A stretch of 63,943 nucleotides of DNA, the filler included, from Octopus bimaculoides (taxonomy: Eukaryota), in assembly GCF_001194135.2 (NCBI RefSeq). It is 7 parts of 7 records of this genome, joined end to end, with 100 filler letters (N's around TTAATTAATTAA, not from the genome) between each part and the next. Parts side by side here need not be neighbours in the genome. Positions count along the whole stretch, not along the records: positions 1 to 9,194 come from NC_068982.1; positions 9,295 to 20,874 come from NC_069006.1; 5 more parts are not named here. The stretch is one strand, 5' to 3'. This document shows, piece after piece, positions 1-12,215 of this stretch (positions are counted from its first letter, which is position 1; each line of letters starts with the position of its first letter). The position numbers and the translations under genes were made by a program. The notes under the pieces were generated by a model. It searched no databases. It saw nothing but the letters and a program-made list of their open reading frames with translations, and was not told the origin of the DNA.

Positions 1-879
1 TTTAGACAGTGTCACGTGACAACTAGCTGGGGCCGCCTGCTGGAGCCTAGCAGCAGATATAAAAAGGGGAATTTGACATGACGATCAGTCGGACGCTGGC
101 ACTCGTTGATGCTGCATCGAAGAGGCCAGGGAATAGAAGAAAGAAGACATGCACCCAACACCAGAGCTGAAGACACATCCGAAAGGAGGGGCCCCGCCAC
201 ATCAAAACGGTAGAGGAGTAGGGGCCGAAACCGGACGTGATTCCTCCTGATGATGTCTTGAGCTAACTGGATCCTATAAAGGAGCTGTTGTGGTAGCAGA
301 CCACGAAACATGGTTGAAATTCTACCTCCCTATATTTGAAACTTTTACAAGATAACCGAAGACTTCTCAGAACCATTTGTTGGGTTGGAAGCTAAAGAAA
401 TAATTAGTAAATACATCAGAATTTATGGAAATCAGGAAGATGCTTTGTTTAAACGTAAGAAGAAATACAGAAACAATTTCAAAACAGAGAATGGAATATA
501 AAAGGTGAATTCGTTCACGATCAATTTCTTCATGGTAAATAATGCATTCACCATCTTCAATAATTTCTCCTTGAAGCATTTTATGAACAATATTATTAAG
601 ACTACATCAAAAAGAATTGATTTTCTCTTCAAAGCTATGAAAAATTTCAGCCCAGAGCAACTCTTTAGAAGGTCTAAATAATGTTTACAAAGATATCTAA
701 CGTCCTGCATATTGATAATAATGAACGAGATTCCTTCATTGGCTTCCTAATTCGCATTCGAAAGAAAGTTTTCATTTTCCTTTCTTTAAGGCTTCTTTCC
801 CTTTTCTAAGGGTAACTTATTCTTATTCCAAATTTCTGAGCAATCGTTTTTTTATATATATATTCAACAACAATGGTTT

Positions 880-1545
880 TGATTTTGGCACTTGAGCAGC
901 AATTTTGAAGGGAAGGGATCGGTCAGTACCGATGGTTCCAGTACTTGGATCTTTACCCTTTGAACGGCAGATCGAGAAATTGATTTTCTGCAACTAAACA
1001 CTTTCAAACTTCGGACACTGGTAGAATGTGTCATACAAAACATCTTTTACTCTTAGTGTTGTTGAGAAAAGTTTGTATTTTTAAAGTTATTTCGTGTTAA
1101 AGTTGTCGTATTTCGGTAATTTCAACCAATCAATGACGTGTATTCAGCTGAATAAAATTACTGCCGTTGTTTGTCAACAACAACGATCAGCGGTGTATAT
1201 TTCGTTTGTCACTGTTATGACACATTCTACCAGTGTCCGAAGTTTGAAAGTGTTTAGTTACAAAAAATTAATTTCTCGATCTGTCATTCAAAGGGAAAAG
1301 ATCCCAGTACTTTATTTCATCGACCCCGAAAGGAGAAAATGCAAAGTGGACCTCGGTGGGATATGAACTCAGAGCGTAAAGAATTTTTTTCTAAACATGA
1401 TTTTCATTACACTAAATACTTTCATCTTTCACTGTAAGTTTGACAAAATCACTACCACAAGCGATGGAGATTAGCATACCAGCTCATGTTTAGAACAAAA
1501 GCATTTTTTTCCTACGCTCTAACGATTCTGCCAGTTCGCCACCTT
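880..1545 (-). mobile_element. Meta-type tRNA-SINE, interrupted twice
   Basis: Contains ATCGACCCCGAAAGG..GCAAAGTGGACCTCGG..GAACTCAG and head CTAACGATTCTGCCAGTTCGCC, shared with about 15 other copies in the window. Confidence 0.75.
947..1304. mobile_element. MITE with ~89-bp TIRs and 8-bp TSD, inserted in a Meta-type SINE
   Basis: TIRs 947-1035 and 1216-1304; the inner 44 bp are perfect inverted copies. Termini are GGATC...GATCC and CAGTACTT is duplicated at 939-946 and 1305-1312. Confidence 0.9.
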
Positions 1546-2483
1546 TTTCTTCCAACTCAATATCGAACAACTAAACCCCTAAAGCTAATTCGTTGCGCTT
1601 TGTGTATCACCATTCATATACCGTTTCAGATGCACATTCGATTATTCTGAGGAACTTTTCTCTCAGTTTTCAAATTCCACATGGCCAATTTTATTTTACC
1701 CATTCCTTCGATTACCACAGATTTTTGGTAGTACCCGTTATCGGACGGGACTATTGTAAAACAATATCCAGTAAGTTCTGCATTTCATTTTTAGTTGATC
1801 GCTTTCAATTCAAACCTGTTCAGTTGCCAGGTTAGGCAAAGCTAGAGGAGTTAACTACCTAACCAAATTATGGCGCAATACCCATAACTAGATACTGTCG
1901 AATGATAATTATGCATTTGGCATTTGTGATTATTTATCTTCTGCCATTGACACCCACTGATGTTATTCTCGCAATCGTCTCATTCATTTTTACTGAGTTC
2001 TATAGGAAATTTATTGCTGTGGAGTAAGTTATAAAATAGAATGAACCAAGATTTTAATGTTAATGATTCTTTTTATCTTTATTTAACGCATTTAGTAAAA
2101 GATTTCTAACTCTAATTATAGTCTCTGAAGACATTTAAATTCACAACTATGCAAATACATTAATGGTTCATATGATACATGTATTAAAGTGCTTCAATTT
2201 GACAAGAACGTCAGTGGAGAGGGTTATAAATACAAAACCCACCCAAAATAGATTGGTAGAGAATACGACAGCGAAAGTCTTTCTTTCATTTCATAGTCCG
2301 TAGCTTCCTAGAACAAGTTCCTTAGTCAATGTTGCAATGTTAATCTTTGAATATATTCAAGGAAAGTTTTGGTTAGAATATGATTTTCATTACACTAAAT
2401 ACTTTCATCTTTCACTGTAAGTTTGACAAAATCACTACCACAAGCGATGGAGATTAGCATACCAGCTCATGTTTAGAACAAAA
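1397..2483 (+). repeat. Exact 104-bp direct duplication (1397-1500 = 2380-2483)
   Basis: Base-for-base identical on manual comparison (ATGATTTTCATTAC...TTTAGAACAAAA). Confidence 0.9.
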
Positions 2484-3466
2484 TAATGGATAAGATATTA
2501 TTATCACCATCATCATCAAACGCTAAGAGCTTTCCCTCTTTTCTATCGATTGAAAAACTACTCACGCTCACTGAAGAAAAAAAAAACCCCAAAACATACA
2601 CACACTTTCTATGAATTTGCTCCAGACAGTAATTATTTCTATCTTTAATATGTCTCTTTTACAAAATGCTTAATTAATAAGTTACAGGTTATATCATGAT
2701 GACGATTTTTAAAAGGAATGAAATAGTACGATACTATTACCACCGACAAGAAACTTTGAGAACTTCGTAATAAGCAACAAACAACAACAACGGTTAAATA
2801 TACTAATTCTATGCATCTTTTATTCTTATAATTTCTTAATTTTAAATTCAAGTTTCTAATCCTGCCAAGAAGAAAGGACTATCTTCCTTGTAGTAACAGC
2901 AACCTGAAGCCACTAGATAAAAACACGTATTTAAACACAAGATTGATGAAAATCTATTTTTTGTCAATGTTTATGTTACACGAATAGTTACACAAATGTA
3001 CCATTATATGTGCTTATTTTATTTTTACATATAAGTATAAAGGTGTATGAGTTCATAGTTCCGAAAGAATATCGACAATCAACTGAACCGTATTATAATC
3101 TATCACGAGTGCCACACTGTTTCTACAATCCAGACATTTTACCCTTACTGACACACTAAAACGTTAGAATCTAAGAAAATTAGTAATGTTCTGCGTCGGC
3201 AATAAGTTATATGAATAATTCGAACTATGAAATAAGAGTAAGACAACTTATTTCTCTCAAAATAAGAACCTAGAATTATATAGAGTGATGGTCCCAGAGA
3301 ATTGTAGAGCTCACCCTTATAGGCAACAGGAGCTCTTTTAACTGTAGGCTCTCGCCTAAACTAGGTTAACGAGAGGATCTAAATGAGCTCGTTCGATCTG
3401 TTAGAGACAGCAGCCAATCTCCCTAAAATCATAATTTTCTGTCGTAAATAAAAACTAATCTTTAAG

Positions 3467-3985
3467 ATTGTCAAGAAGGCTGACGGTGTCTTAGCATCTC
3501 TCAGTAAGACCTTTGTCAGCCGCTCTCTAGCTATCTATTTAAAACTGTATATGACTATAGTATGTCCACACTTAGTCTGCATCACCAGTCTGGAACCCAT
3601 TTCTTGCTCAGTATATCAGTCTCCTGGAAGCTGTTCAGAAACGTGCAACCAAACGAATACCCACCGCCAGGCATCTACCATACTCTGAACGTCTTGCATC
3701 CCTGGGCATGGACACATTGAAACTCAGACGTTTGGCAACTGACTTGGTAGACATCCACAAGATTATCCACCATCTTTCCAACAACAACCTTGGGCACCTT
3801 TTTGAATTCGTGGACATGCTTACAAAATCAAAAGACAACATAGCTCCCATGACTTTCAGAAATATTTTTTCACGCTCAGAATTACTGAAGCATGGAATAA
3901 ACTATCTGCATCACTTGTTAGCTGTCGAGACACTACAACCTTCAAAACTTCCATGCTTCCTGAAATTCTTCAACAGTATACCTGA
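3467..3985 (+). pseudogene. CR1-clade LINE ORF2 C-terminal fragment
   Basis: Translates with frameshifts to ..LKLYMTIVCPHL/SPVWNPFLAQYISLLEAVQKRATKRIP..YSERLASLGMDTLKLRRLATDL..IHKII / GHAYKIK..YFFTLRITEAWNKL..FKT, which are typical CR1 C-terminal motifs. Confidence 0.85.
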
Positions 3986-4691
3986 TGGCTTTTTTTTCTT
4001 TTTTTCTTCTTTTAGTTGTAGTGCACCTAAGCACTGTATACAACAAATTTCGTTATGTAATACACTGGACAATGTAATTTCTGATATACAAAGAGACGAG
4101 AGAATATTAGCTGAAACGTCTTTGTTGTCATGTCTTGTTCGACCAAGGATGACTTTGAACTAGACAACAATAACCACAATAAGAACAAGGACAATAACGA
4201 CAGCAGTCACATTTCTTCAAGATTCAATGAAAAAAAACAAACAAAAAAAAAACAGATCCGTCTTCTACTACCCAACAGGTTAAATGACTCACAATGTGTG
4301 TGTGTGTGTGTGTATGAGAGAGGGGGAGGAGAGAGGGGTGGAGGGGAGGAGGTCTTATAACACAGAACCATGCTAATGTTATCTTTTCCTCACCACATAA
4401 ATATCTCCAGTATTAAATATGTTAACACTAACTTAACCGTTTTATTTTCTTATATGGATGGCGTTTCTGAGTAATTAATTTAAAGTCACCAAATCAGATT
4501 CGCTTGTCAGTAGTGACGTCTGTGGTTTTATTTTTATTTTCTCCCCAATATAATTGCATTTATATTTGTATATTTATGTATGTACTTTACTTTTTATGCA
4601 TTCCCATTAACATACATACATACATACAGACAGACAGACAGACAGACAGATAGATAGACAGACAGACAGACAGATATACAGACAGACAGAC

Positions 4692-4746
<55 letters not shown>

Positions 4747-5112
4747 GAGAGAAAGTGAGTGGGAGAGAAAGAGATGAATGCTCAGTAATTCAGTGACAAG
4801 CGTCTTATTGTCGATCGGGTTCCCACTGACAAAATTAAGTTTACCGTGAACTGGAACTGAGTCTGATAAATAAATGTCGAGCAAAGAATTAATAAAATGT
4901 GTAAAAGTTCAGATTCTTGCTTTGCTTGATTTTGTTCTTTATTATAACATAACTTTCAGCCCCACTTAACTTGACATTCATGGAAAACATTACCTAAACT
5001 ACAGCTAATCCTGAACCCTGCTTATCTATTCATAAGCTGACTGGTTGGGTTAGGCAGCTCTGATATGGAATAAATTAAAGTTATGTGTGTGAGCATCTGC
5101 GCGCGCTTGTGC

Positions 5113-5501
5113 GTATTGTTGTTGGCACTCTGTCGCTTACGACATCGAGGGTTCCAGTTGATCTGACCAACGGAACAGCCTGCTCGTGAAATTAACGTGC
5201 AAGTGACTGAGTACTCCACAGACACATGTACCCTTAACGTAATTCTCGGGGATATTCAGCGTGACACAGTGTGACAAGGCTAACCCTTTGAATTACAGGT
5301 ACAACAGAAACAGGAAGTAAGAGTGAGAGAAAGTTGTGGTGAAAGAGTACAGCAAGGTTCGCCACTATCCCTTGCCGGAGCCTCGTGGAGCTGTAGGTGC
5401 TTTCGCTCAATAAACACTCACAACGTCTGGTCTGGGAATCGAAACCGCAAACCTATGATCGCGAGTCTGCTGCCCTGACCACTGGGCCATTGCGCCTCCA
5501 C
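5113..5501 (-). mobile_element. tRNA-derived SINE, family C
   Basis: Minus-strand head GGAGGCGCAATGGCCCAGTGGTCAGGGC...GGTTTCGATTCCC has A- and B-box-like motifs; homologous to 35941-36285. Confidence 0.85.
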
Positions 5502-5929
5502 TCTTGTGTGTATAGACAGGTAGATAAAGACGGAGAGGTGGATGCTGATGATGCATATACTTATATTACACATAAATGTATACGAAGAAGTATATTGTTT
5601 CTCAGTAATGTATAATTTGCTCTTTGACCCATAAAAACGTATCTGCTCTAATGTGTTTCTAGCGGGCAACTGTTTTATTGCAATGTTCTACCAATAGATT
5701 CTTCATTCTTAAAAATGTCATTTTTAAAGGTGTAGGCACATCCTAGTCTTGGTGTGCCTTTGATATGACTTGTAGGATAATTCTTCCTCAGGATACAAGC
5801 CTGTCGCTAAGGGGAAGGGCACTGGACGGCACTGCACCTTCACTATTCATTGGTGCTCCCTTAGATTTAGAAAATACAGTTTATAAAGATTTTTCTGCAT
5901 TACAAATTAGTGCCCACCCAGAATATTCT

Positions 5930-6310
5930 GAAGCACCCCCAGGCATCAAAGTTTGGCGATGGGCCTGTACGGATGGCATTGTTGATAGTTTTAGTGACGA
6001 CATGGAGTTCCATGGGAAGGTAGTATCTTTCGGATATTTTTGAACTGCTGCCGGTGATATGAGTCTTATTTTCCATGCTGGTAGGGCACAATCGTCATTT
6101 CTACCACAGCATGAAGGTTTAAAGGCAGATATTATTGATCAGATGTTTAAAAGCCATATGCTGTTCCTGGATAGCAAAGGTGTAGCGTTTTAGGTGAGAT
6201 GTGATGAATCTATCTGGGGTTCCGGAGAGGTTATTATTCATGTTAGTGCTTTTGTTATTCTCTTGCTTGCGGGACATGTACCCATGCATGACTTTCTGCT
6301 GTGTGATTAG
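5930..6310 (-). pseudogene. R4/Dong-like (RLE-type) LINE fragment, pre-zinc-knuckle and CCHC region
   Basis: QKVMHGYMSR..YTFAIQEQ.. followed by CPTSMENKTHITGSS..YYLP..VVTKTI, a degenerate C-x-C..E..HI..C..Y..RH..V motif. Confidence 0.6.
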
Positions 6311-6339
6311 TATTATCTAATTACAATACAAAATACTGG

Positions 6340-6340
6340 T

Positions 6341-6376
<36 letters not shown>

Positions 6377-6501
6377 GAAGAGAGAGAAAGAGAGAGAGAG
6401 AATGAGAGACAGTGTGTGTGTGAGAGAGAGAGAGAGAGAGACAGACAGAGAGACAGAGAGACAGCGTGAGAAAGAGAGAGATAGAGAACGTGAGAGAAAG
6501 G

Positions 6502-6533
<32 letters not shown>

Positions 6534-6558
6534 GAGAGACAGAGACAGAGACAGAGAC

Positions 6559-6610
<52 letters not shown>

Positions 6611-6620
6611 GGACAGACAG
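6340..6620. repeat. (GA)n/(GACA)n purine-rich compound microsatellite
   Basis: Directly visible in the sequence. Confidence 0.95.
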
Positions 6621-7774
6621 AGGAGTTATGAGTTTTGTGAGATGAAAAATTATTCTAAAATCAAACAATGCTAGTGATAATTCCAGTAAGATTGGAAGGA
6701 GTATCTAGAGGATGGTGAAGAACTAATAAAAGAAATTTAGTTCGGCAACGCACAAGGAAAGGCGAAAAGAGTACGAAGTACGTGTCAGAGAGTGAAGCAC
6801 TTTTTCATGGACGAAAGAAAACAGAATAGAAAATAGACGTATTTCTTTAATATATGCAACTGATAGAATGTCCAGAGAGTCCAAGGATGGTGAATCGGAT
6901 AACATCCACCGAGGAGAGTTGAATAGGAATATGTGGCGTGCTAGAGTTAGATGGCAGCGGATGGTAAAATGTTGGAGAAAGTTTAAAAAAAAAAGCGAAG
7001 GGAGGTAATAAGGATAAGACGAGCAAGCTAAAGGACTGGTGTCAGGGAGGAGTGAAATATAGCTGTCAAGCAAACCGGAAGTGACTGAGGGAGGAGGAAT
7101 GTGTGTGAATGTGTGAGCGAATGTATGAGTGTGTGTGTGTGCGTGCGTGCGTGTGTGTGTGTGTGCGTGCGTGTGTGTGTGTGCGTGCGTGCGTGCGTGT
7201 GTGTGTGTGTGTGTATAAGTGAAAAGGAGTAATGCGTGAATGTGCCGGTGTGTATATGTATNNNNNNNNNNNNNNNNNNNNNNNNNNNNNNNNNNNNNNN
7301 NNNNNNNNNNNNNNNNNNNNNNNNNNNNNNNNNNNNNNNNNNNNNNNNNNNNNNNNNNNNNNNNNNNNNNNNNNNNNNNNNNNNNNNNNNNNNNNNNNNN
7401 NNNNNNNNNNNNNNNNNNNNNNNNNNNNNNNNNNNNNNNNNNNNNNNNNNNNNNNNNNNNNNNNNNNNNNNNNNNNNNNNNNNNNNNNNNNNNNNNNNNN
7501 NNNNNNNNNNNNNNNNNNNNNNNNNNNNNNNNNNNNNNNNNNNNNNNNNNNNNNNNNNNNNNNNNNNNNNNNNNNNNNNNNNNNNNNNNNNNNNNNNNNN
7601 NNNNNNNNNNNNNNNNNNNNNNNNNNNNNNNNNNNNNNNNNNNNNNNNNNNNNNNNNNNNNNNNNNNNNNNNNNNNNNNNNNNNNNNNNNNNNNNNNNNN
7701 NNNNNNNNNNNNNNNNNNNNNNNNNNNNNNNNNNNNNNNNNNNNNNNNNNTTTGCTTTTTTTATTTTAAATTTG

Positions 7775-8015
7775 CTTTAACCCTAACCCTAACCTTAGGG
7801 TTAGGGTTAATTGTTTCAGAATCGTTTGTTTATGTAGTCGGCACTTAATGTATATCGGCTGAATGGACGTCAGTGATTGGTTGAAATTACAGAAATACGA
7901 CAACTTCAACATGGAATAACTTATGGATTTCTTTTTTTTTTAAGAAGACTAAGAGAAAAAGATGTTTTATATGACACATTCTACCAGTGTTCCAAGTTTC
8001 AAAGTGTTTCGTTAA
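7775..8015 (-). mobile_element. Partial relative of the 947-1304 MITE, carrying an inverted telomere-type repeat
   Basis: 7855-8012 is the reverse-orientation homolog of about 990-1155, including TIR TATGACACATTCTACCAGTGT; TAACCCTAACCCTAACCTTAGGGTTAGGGTTA lies at about 7778-7809. Confidence 0.75.
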
Positions 8016-8269
8016 TGAAAAATGTGGCCCCCGTTTTAAAAAAGATCCTCTGTATGTGTGTGTGCGTGTGTCTGAGAGGTGTGAAGGTGTAGGGAAGGGT
8101 GATGGAAGAGAAGAATGTTTATGGAAGCGATGACTGAATGTTGAGCTTAGGCTTCTCGCATACAGGTGATTTACCTGCTGCCCTTTCCTTTTGGAGCATC
8201 AGACATTTTTGTGTTTATGTCCTGCTCCTGTATTGCAAAAGCGTATCTTTTAAAGTGAGGACTAATATC

Positions 8270-8760
8270 TCAGCTGTTAATCCAGAACTTTTCTAGACTG
8301 CTTTAGTCATTAATGTTGCTGTCACTTTGAAGTTTTCTGGGAATATAGCCATGCACGACCTTTTATTATGTAAACATTTTCTCTTCCAACGGCTTTTTGC
8401 TTTAGAATTGTGCGACTTCTCTGGGGGTCAGAGGATACTTTCTGAGAAGTTCCTTTCCAACGTTCTGAATGTTATCAGCTTCATGTATGCAGACTTGAAC
8501 CATAATTGAACTTCAACATTTGGTGGTTAAAAGATATCGAAGGGATATGATGCCACATTCAAATGCTGTTTGATTCAAGATTAAGCCTCTGCCGCCTTGT
8601 TTTCATTTTTAATTGAGGTAGTCAACATCAGTTTTGATGTGGAAATTTCTGGTATGGATTAACAATTTTCGAAATCAATAGCTCGAATCTCATCTAGTGT
8701 GCAATCAAATAGCTCAAATGTTGGTATGAGCTCTGGCGCAACAAACATTGTGGTATATTG
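8270..8760 (-). pseudogene. R4/Dong-like LINE fragment, RT C-terminal/thumb region
   Basis: ..DEIRAID/RKLLIHTRNFHIKTDVDYL..KQGGRGL.. matches the conserved D.K.RK.L....H.K.DV.RLY..R..GGRGL block. Confidence 0.65.
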
Positions 8761-8769
8761 ATTTATTGT

Positions 8770-9194
8770 GTGTGGAAACTTCCCAGAACTACATATTATT
8801 TATTCTACTATATGTATGTATGTTATCAATCAGTTTCATTTCTGTATTTCTTGTCCATAGAGAAAGAGCCGGACTCTAACATAGATTCAAGGCTCCTTCA
8901 TTGGAACTTTTATCAACATCATCTAGGTATTTGTGCATATGTGTGTGTGTGCAGTATTTGGTGTTAGTGTATGCGCAGATTTGTATGTTTGTTTTATGGA
9001 TGCGTTTTTATGTCTAGATGCATGCATATGTATTTATGTGCTAAATTTTTGGAAAGTTTTACATATCTTTACAGTTCCATTGATGGCTTGAATCTGTAGT
9101 CTTCTAATCAGCCTTTTTCTTTCAGGTTTTGAGAACCCTAATTTTTCCAGGTTTTTGTTGAGGCAGTTTGTTACATATCCCAATGCCCCAACAA
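8770..9194 (-). mobile_element. R4/Dong-like LINE 3' end (ORF C-terminus and 3' UTR)
   Basis: VGALGYVTNCLNKNLEKLGF..RRLQIQAINGTVKICKTFQKFST-stop, the C-terminal helix that follows the RLE domain. Confidence 0.7.
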
Positions 9195-9294
9195 NNNNNN
9201 NNNNNNNNNNNNNNNNNNNNNNNNNNNNNNNNNNNNNNTTAATTAATTAANNNNNNNNNNNNNNNNNNNNNNNNNNNNNNNNNNNNNNNNNNNN
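9195..9294. other. Artificial scaffold linker 44N-TTAATTAATTAA-44N
   Basis: Six-frame stop spacer at 9239-9250 inside exactly 100 bp. Confidence 0.95.
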
Positions 9295-9409
9295 ATATAT
9301 ATATATATATATATATATAATGTGCATTTGTGTATATCATCACCATCATCATGTTTTACTGTCCATCTTCCATGTTGGCATAATAATAGTAGTAATAGTC
9401 ACCTTACTA

Positions 9410-9610
9410 CTGGAATCACCAGGCCTTAAATTTTGGGGAAGAGATTAAATCGGTTACATCAACCCCCCCAGTGCGTAACTGGTACTTATTTAATCGACCT
9501 CGAAAGGATGTAAGGCAAAGTCGACCTCGGCAGAATTTGATCTCAGAACATGATGACAGGCGAAATACCACAAAGCATTTTGTCCAATGTGCTAACTATT
9601 CTGCCAGCTT
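9410..9610 (-). mobile_element. Meta-type tRNA-SINE
   Basis: CAGTGCGTAACTGGTACTTATTTAATCGACCTCGAAAGGATG..GTCGACCTCGGC..GCTAACTATTCTGCCAGCT. Confidence 0.8.
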
Positions 9611-9964
9611 GCTAGTATAAGACTATGACAGCTCAAAAGGCTCACATGCGTACAAACCTCCCAGCTATTTCTGACTTGAGAAAGAATTCTTGAGAAAAAA
9701 TTTCAGGTTGAAAGGGTTAAAGCAAAACTATACAGGACCTTATGTGCTGCACTCTTCAATATGTACAATTTTTTGAATGACATTGTAGGGTAGGTGTGAT
9801 GGGCTGGATCTGGCCAGTTTGAATATAAAGCATGTATATGTGGATGGTTTATGTACTAAAATGGTTAAATATGCGGTGTTTTATTAGGAATGCAATAAGG
9901 AAAGGCTTAAAGGCCACAGGTTCCTCACTCTTGCTCTGAAAGAACATTGCAGGATATCATCTAC

Positions 9965-10500
9965 TTGTGTGTGTGTGTGTGTGTGTATGCATGTGTGAGT
10001 TTGTGTACGTGTGTGTGTGTGTGAGCACATGCTCATACGTGTATTTTTGTGTGCATGCAGTTGTGTGTACATGCATGTTTGTGTGCAGCTGTGTATGCAT
10101 GCATGTGTGTGCTTGTGTATTATGTGCAGTTGTGCTCGTGTGTGTGTGTGTGTGCGCTCATGTGTGTGTGCGCTTTGTGTGTGTGTGCTCGTGTGTGTGT
10201 GTGTGTGGCTGTGTATGCATGCGTGTGTGTGCTTGTGTATGTGTGTGTGCTTGTGTGGTGCTTGTGTGTGTGCGTGTGTGCTCTGTATGTGTGTGTGTAT
10301 GTGTGTGCTCGTGTGCATGCTTTTGTGTGTGCGTCTACTTGTTTGTGCGTGTGCTTGTGTGCGTGTGCTTGTGCATGTGTGCTTGTGTGTGTGTTCTGCT
10401 TGTGTGTGCGTGTGCTTTTGTGTGTGTGTGCATGTGCTTTATGTTTGTGCTTGTGTGTCTGTGTGTGCTTGTGCATGCATGTGTGTGTGTGTGTGTGTAT
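9965..10500. repeat. Cryptic (GT)n-derived low-complexity tract
   Basis: Directly visible; source of the spurious CV/HT-rich ORFs. Confidence 0.9.
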
Positions 10501-11249
10501 ATACCTATTGTATAATAGAAGAGTTGAATGAGGTGGTAAGTTGGGTGGGGTTAAAGATGAGGAAATAGCTTCGCTGATAAGAAAAGTTTTGAATTACTTT
10601 GGAGGAGTGTCTTGCCTGCTTGCTTTGGCATCATACATCTGTTAAAATCTGCTGCTGCTGCTGATCTCTTGAAGGCAATTTCAAGATGATTTCATTAAAA
10701 ATCCTTTTTCTTCTTTCTTGTTTTAGGATTTGTATTAAGTCTTGAAGTGAATGACTCAATCTGTGGCTCTGTGTGTGTTTTTTAAACTGAAGTAGTTACA
10801 TTATATAAAAAGGCCGTTTAATAACTTACAAACTTGTGAAATTTGCTTTAAAATGTGAAGTTTATTCCATTAGTCATCCACTGTTACCTTTAACTTGTTT
10901 CATTCATTGGACTGTGGCCATGCTGGAGCCCTGCTTTCAAGGCTTAAATCTAGTGTTCCTCAGCCAATTTTTTTTTTTTTATCTCTGGAACCCCTTCGAT
11001 TCTTACTCTACTGAACCCCCAAAGCCATTCGATGTATATTCTTTTACTTGTTTCAATCATTTGACTGTGGCCATGCTGGGGCCCTGCTTTCAAGGGCTTA
11101 ATTCCAGTGTTTCTTGACCAATTTTTTTTACCTATGGAATTCCTTTGATTCATACCCTCCAGCCTTCATCAAGTGTCTTGGGGAAATTTCGAACCTGGGT
11201 TCTCATTCCTAAGGTATTTTTCGATATTATTATTATTATTATTATTATT

Positions 11250-12111
11250 ACTAGCAGAGGCACCCGGCTTTGCTCGGGAATGAAATTGTTGTTTATATAC
11301 TTGAAGAAATAAAGGCAAAATATGCTGTATAGAAATTTGAGGACATTCTGTAGATGGACTCTCAGATGAATGATGGCTGGGCGCCTCTCATGAATGGGGA
11401 AAATTGAAGATGTGCCAAAAAGCCTCATTGGTACTTGGAAACTTTTACGAAAATAAAATGGGGATTAAATGAAAAAAATAATTTACATGAATATCCTCAC
11501 AAGAGTAATTGAAATAAATGGCAATTGTGGAACCCCCCCACGCACGCGCATGCATACACACGTGTGTCTTTGTAAATATGTTTGTATACATTTATGTATG
11601 TGTGTGTTTGTAATAGACAGAGTGTGAGTGAGAGAGAGAGGTTTGTTGTCATGTATATGTACATGCATAAATATGCATACATCTTTGGATGTATGCATAT
11701 GACAACACAGCCCTTGACTCACTCACACTCTGTCTCTTACAAACACACACATACATTAATGTATACAAACATTTTTACAAAGACACAGGTGTGTATGCAC
11801 GCGTGCGTGTGTTGTGAGGGAGAGAGGGGGGGTGAAAGAGAATATTGCGAATAATGAATGAAATAAACATGAAATGAAGCTTTTTGCTGTTGTTACGTCA
11901 ATACCGGAAGTTGACATTGAGGAACCTGTTTAAAGAAGTGAATCTTAAATATAAAGCAATATTATTTATTTTTAATTAAAAAAATCAAATGAAGAGCCTA
12001 ACATTTATCCGAGGTCAAATTATTCATGCATCACAAGTATGGAAGCATTTGGTGAAGTCGATTTCACGTGAAAAGCGAATACACAGACATCTCTGTTTTA
12101 TATATTAAGAT
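11250..12111 (+). mobile_element. Non-autonomous Helitron/Helentron-like insertion
   Basis: 5' end ACTAGCAGAGGCACCCGGCTTTGCTCGGG with a subterminal hairpin; 3' end ACAGACATCTCTGTTTTATATATTAAGAT; no TIR or clear TSD; inserted in (TAT)n. Confidence 0.6.
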
Positions 12112-12215
12112 TATTATTATTAAGATTATAAGATTATTATTATTCAGGTCACTGGCTGGAATCGAACTGGGAATCTTGGGGTTAGTAGACCGCGCTCTTA
12201 ACCACAACGCCAAAT

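Noticed and set aside
367-710. Minus-strand 70-aa and 92-aa ORFs
   Set aside because: AT-rich with no recognisable domain; cannot be assigned.
3708-4163. 151-aa ORF as a host gene
   Set aside because: Its first ~38 aa are CR1 ORF2; the rest is out of frame after a deletion.
7778-7809. Chromosome end-to-end fusion scar
   Set aside because: The orientation is (CCCTAA)n then (TTAGGG)n, the reverse of a fusion. It is very short and lies inside a MITE relative.
10505-10770. Possible micro-exon (GTG|GTAAGT at about 10535) and acceptor at about 10728
   Set aside because: No coherent reading frame or partner sites; isolated splice-like motifs are expected by chance.
10890-11151. Two ~150-bp tandem units
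   Set aside because: A local duplication of a decayed SINE tail; nothing beyond ordinary slippage or recombination.
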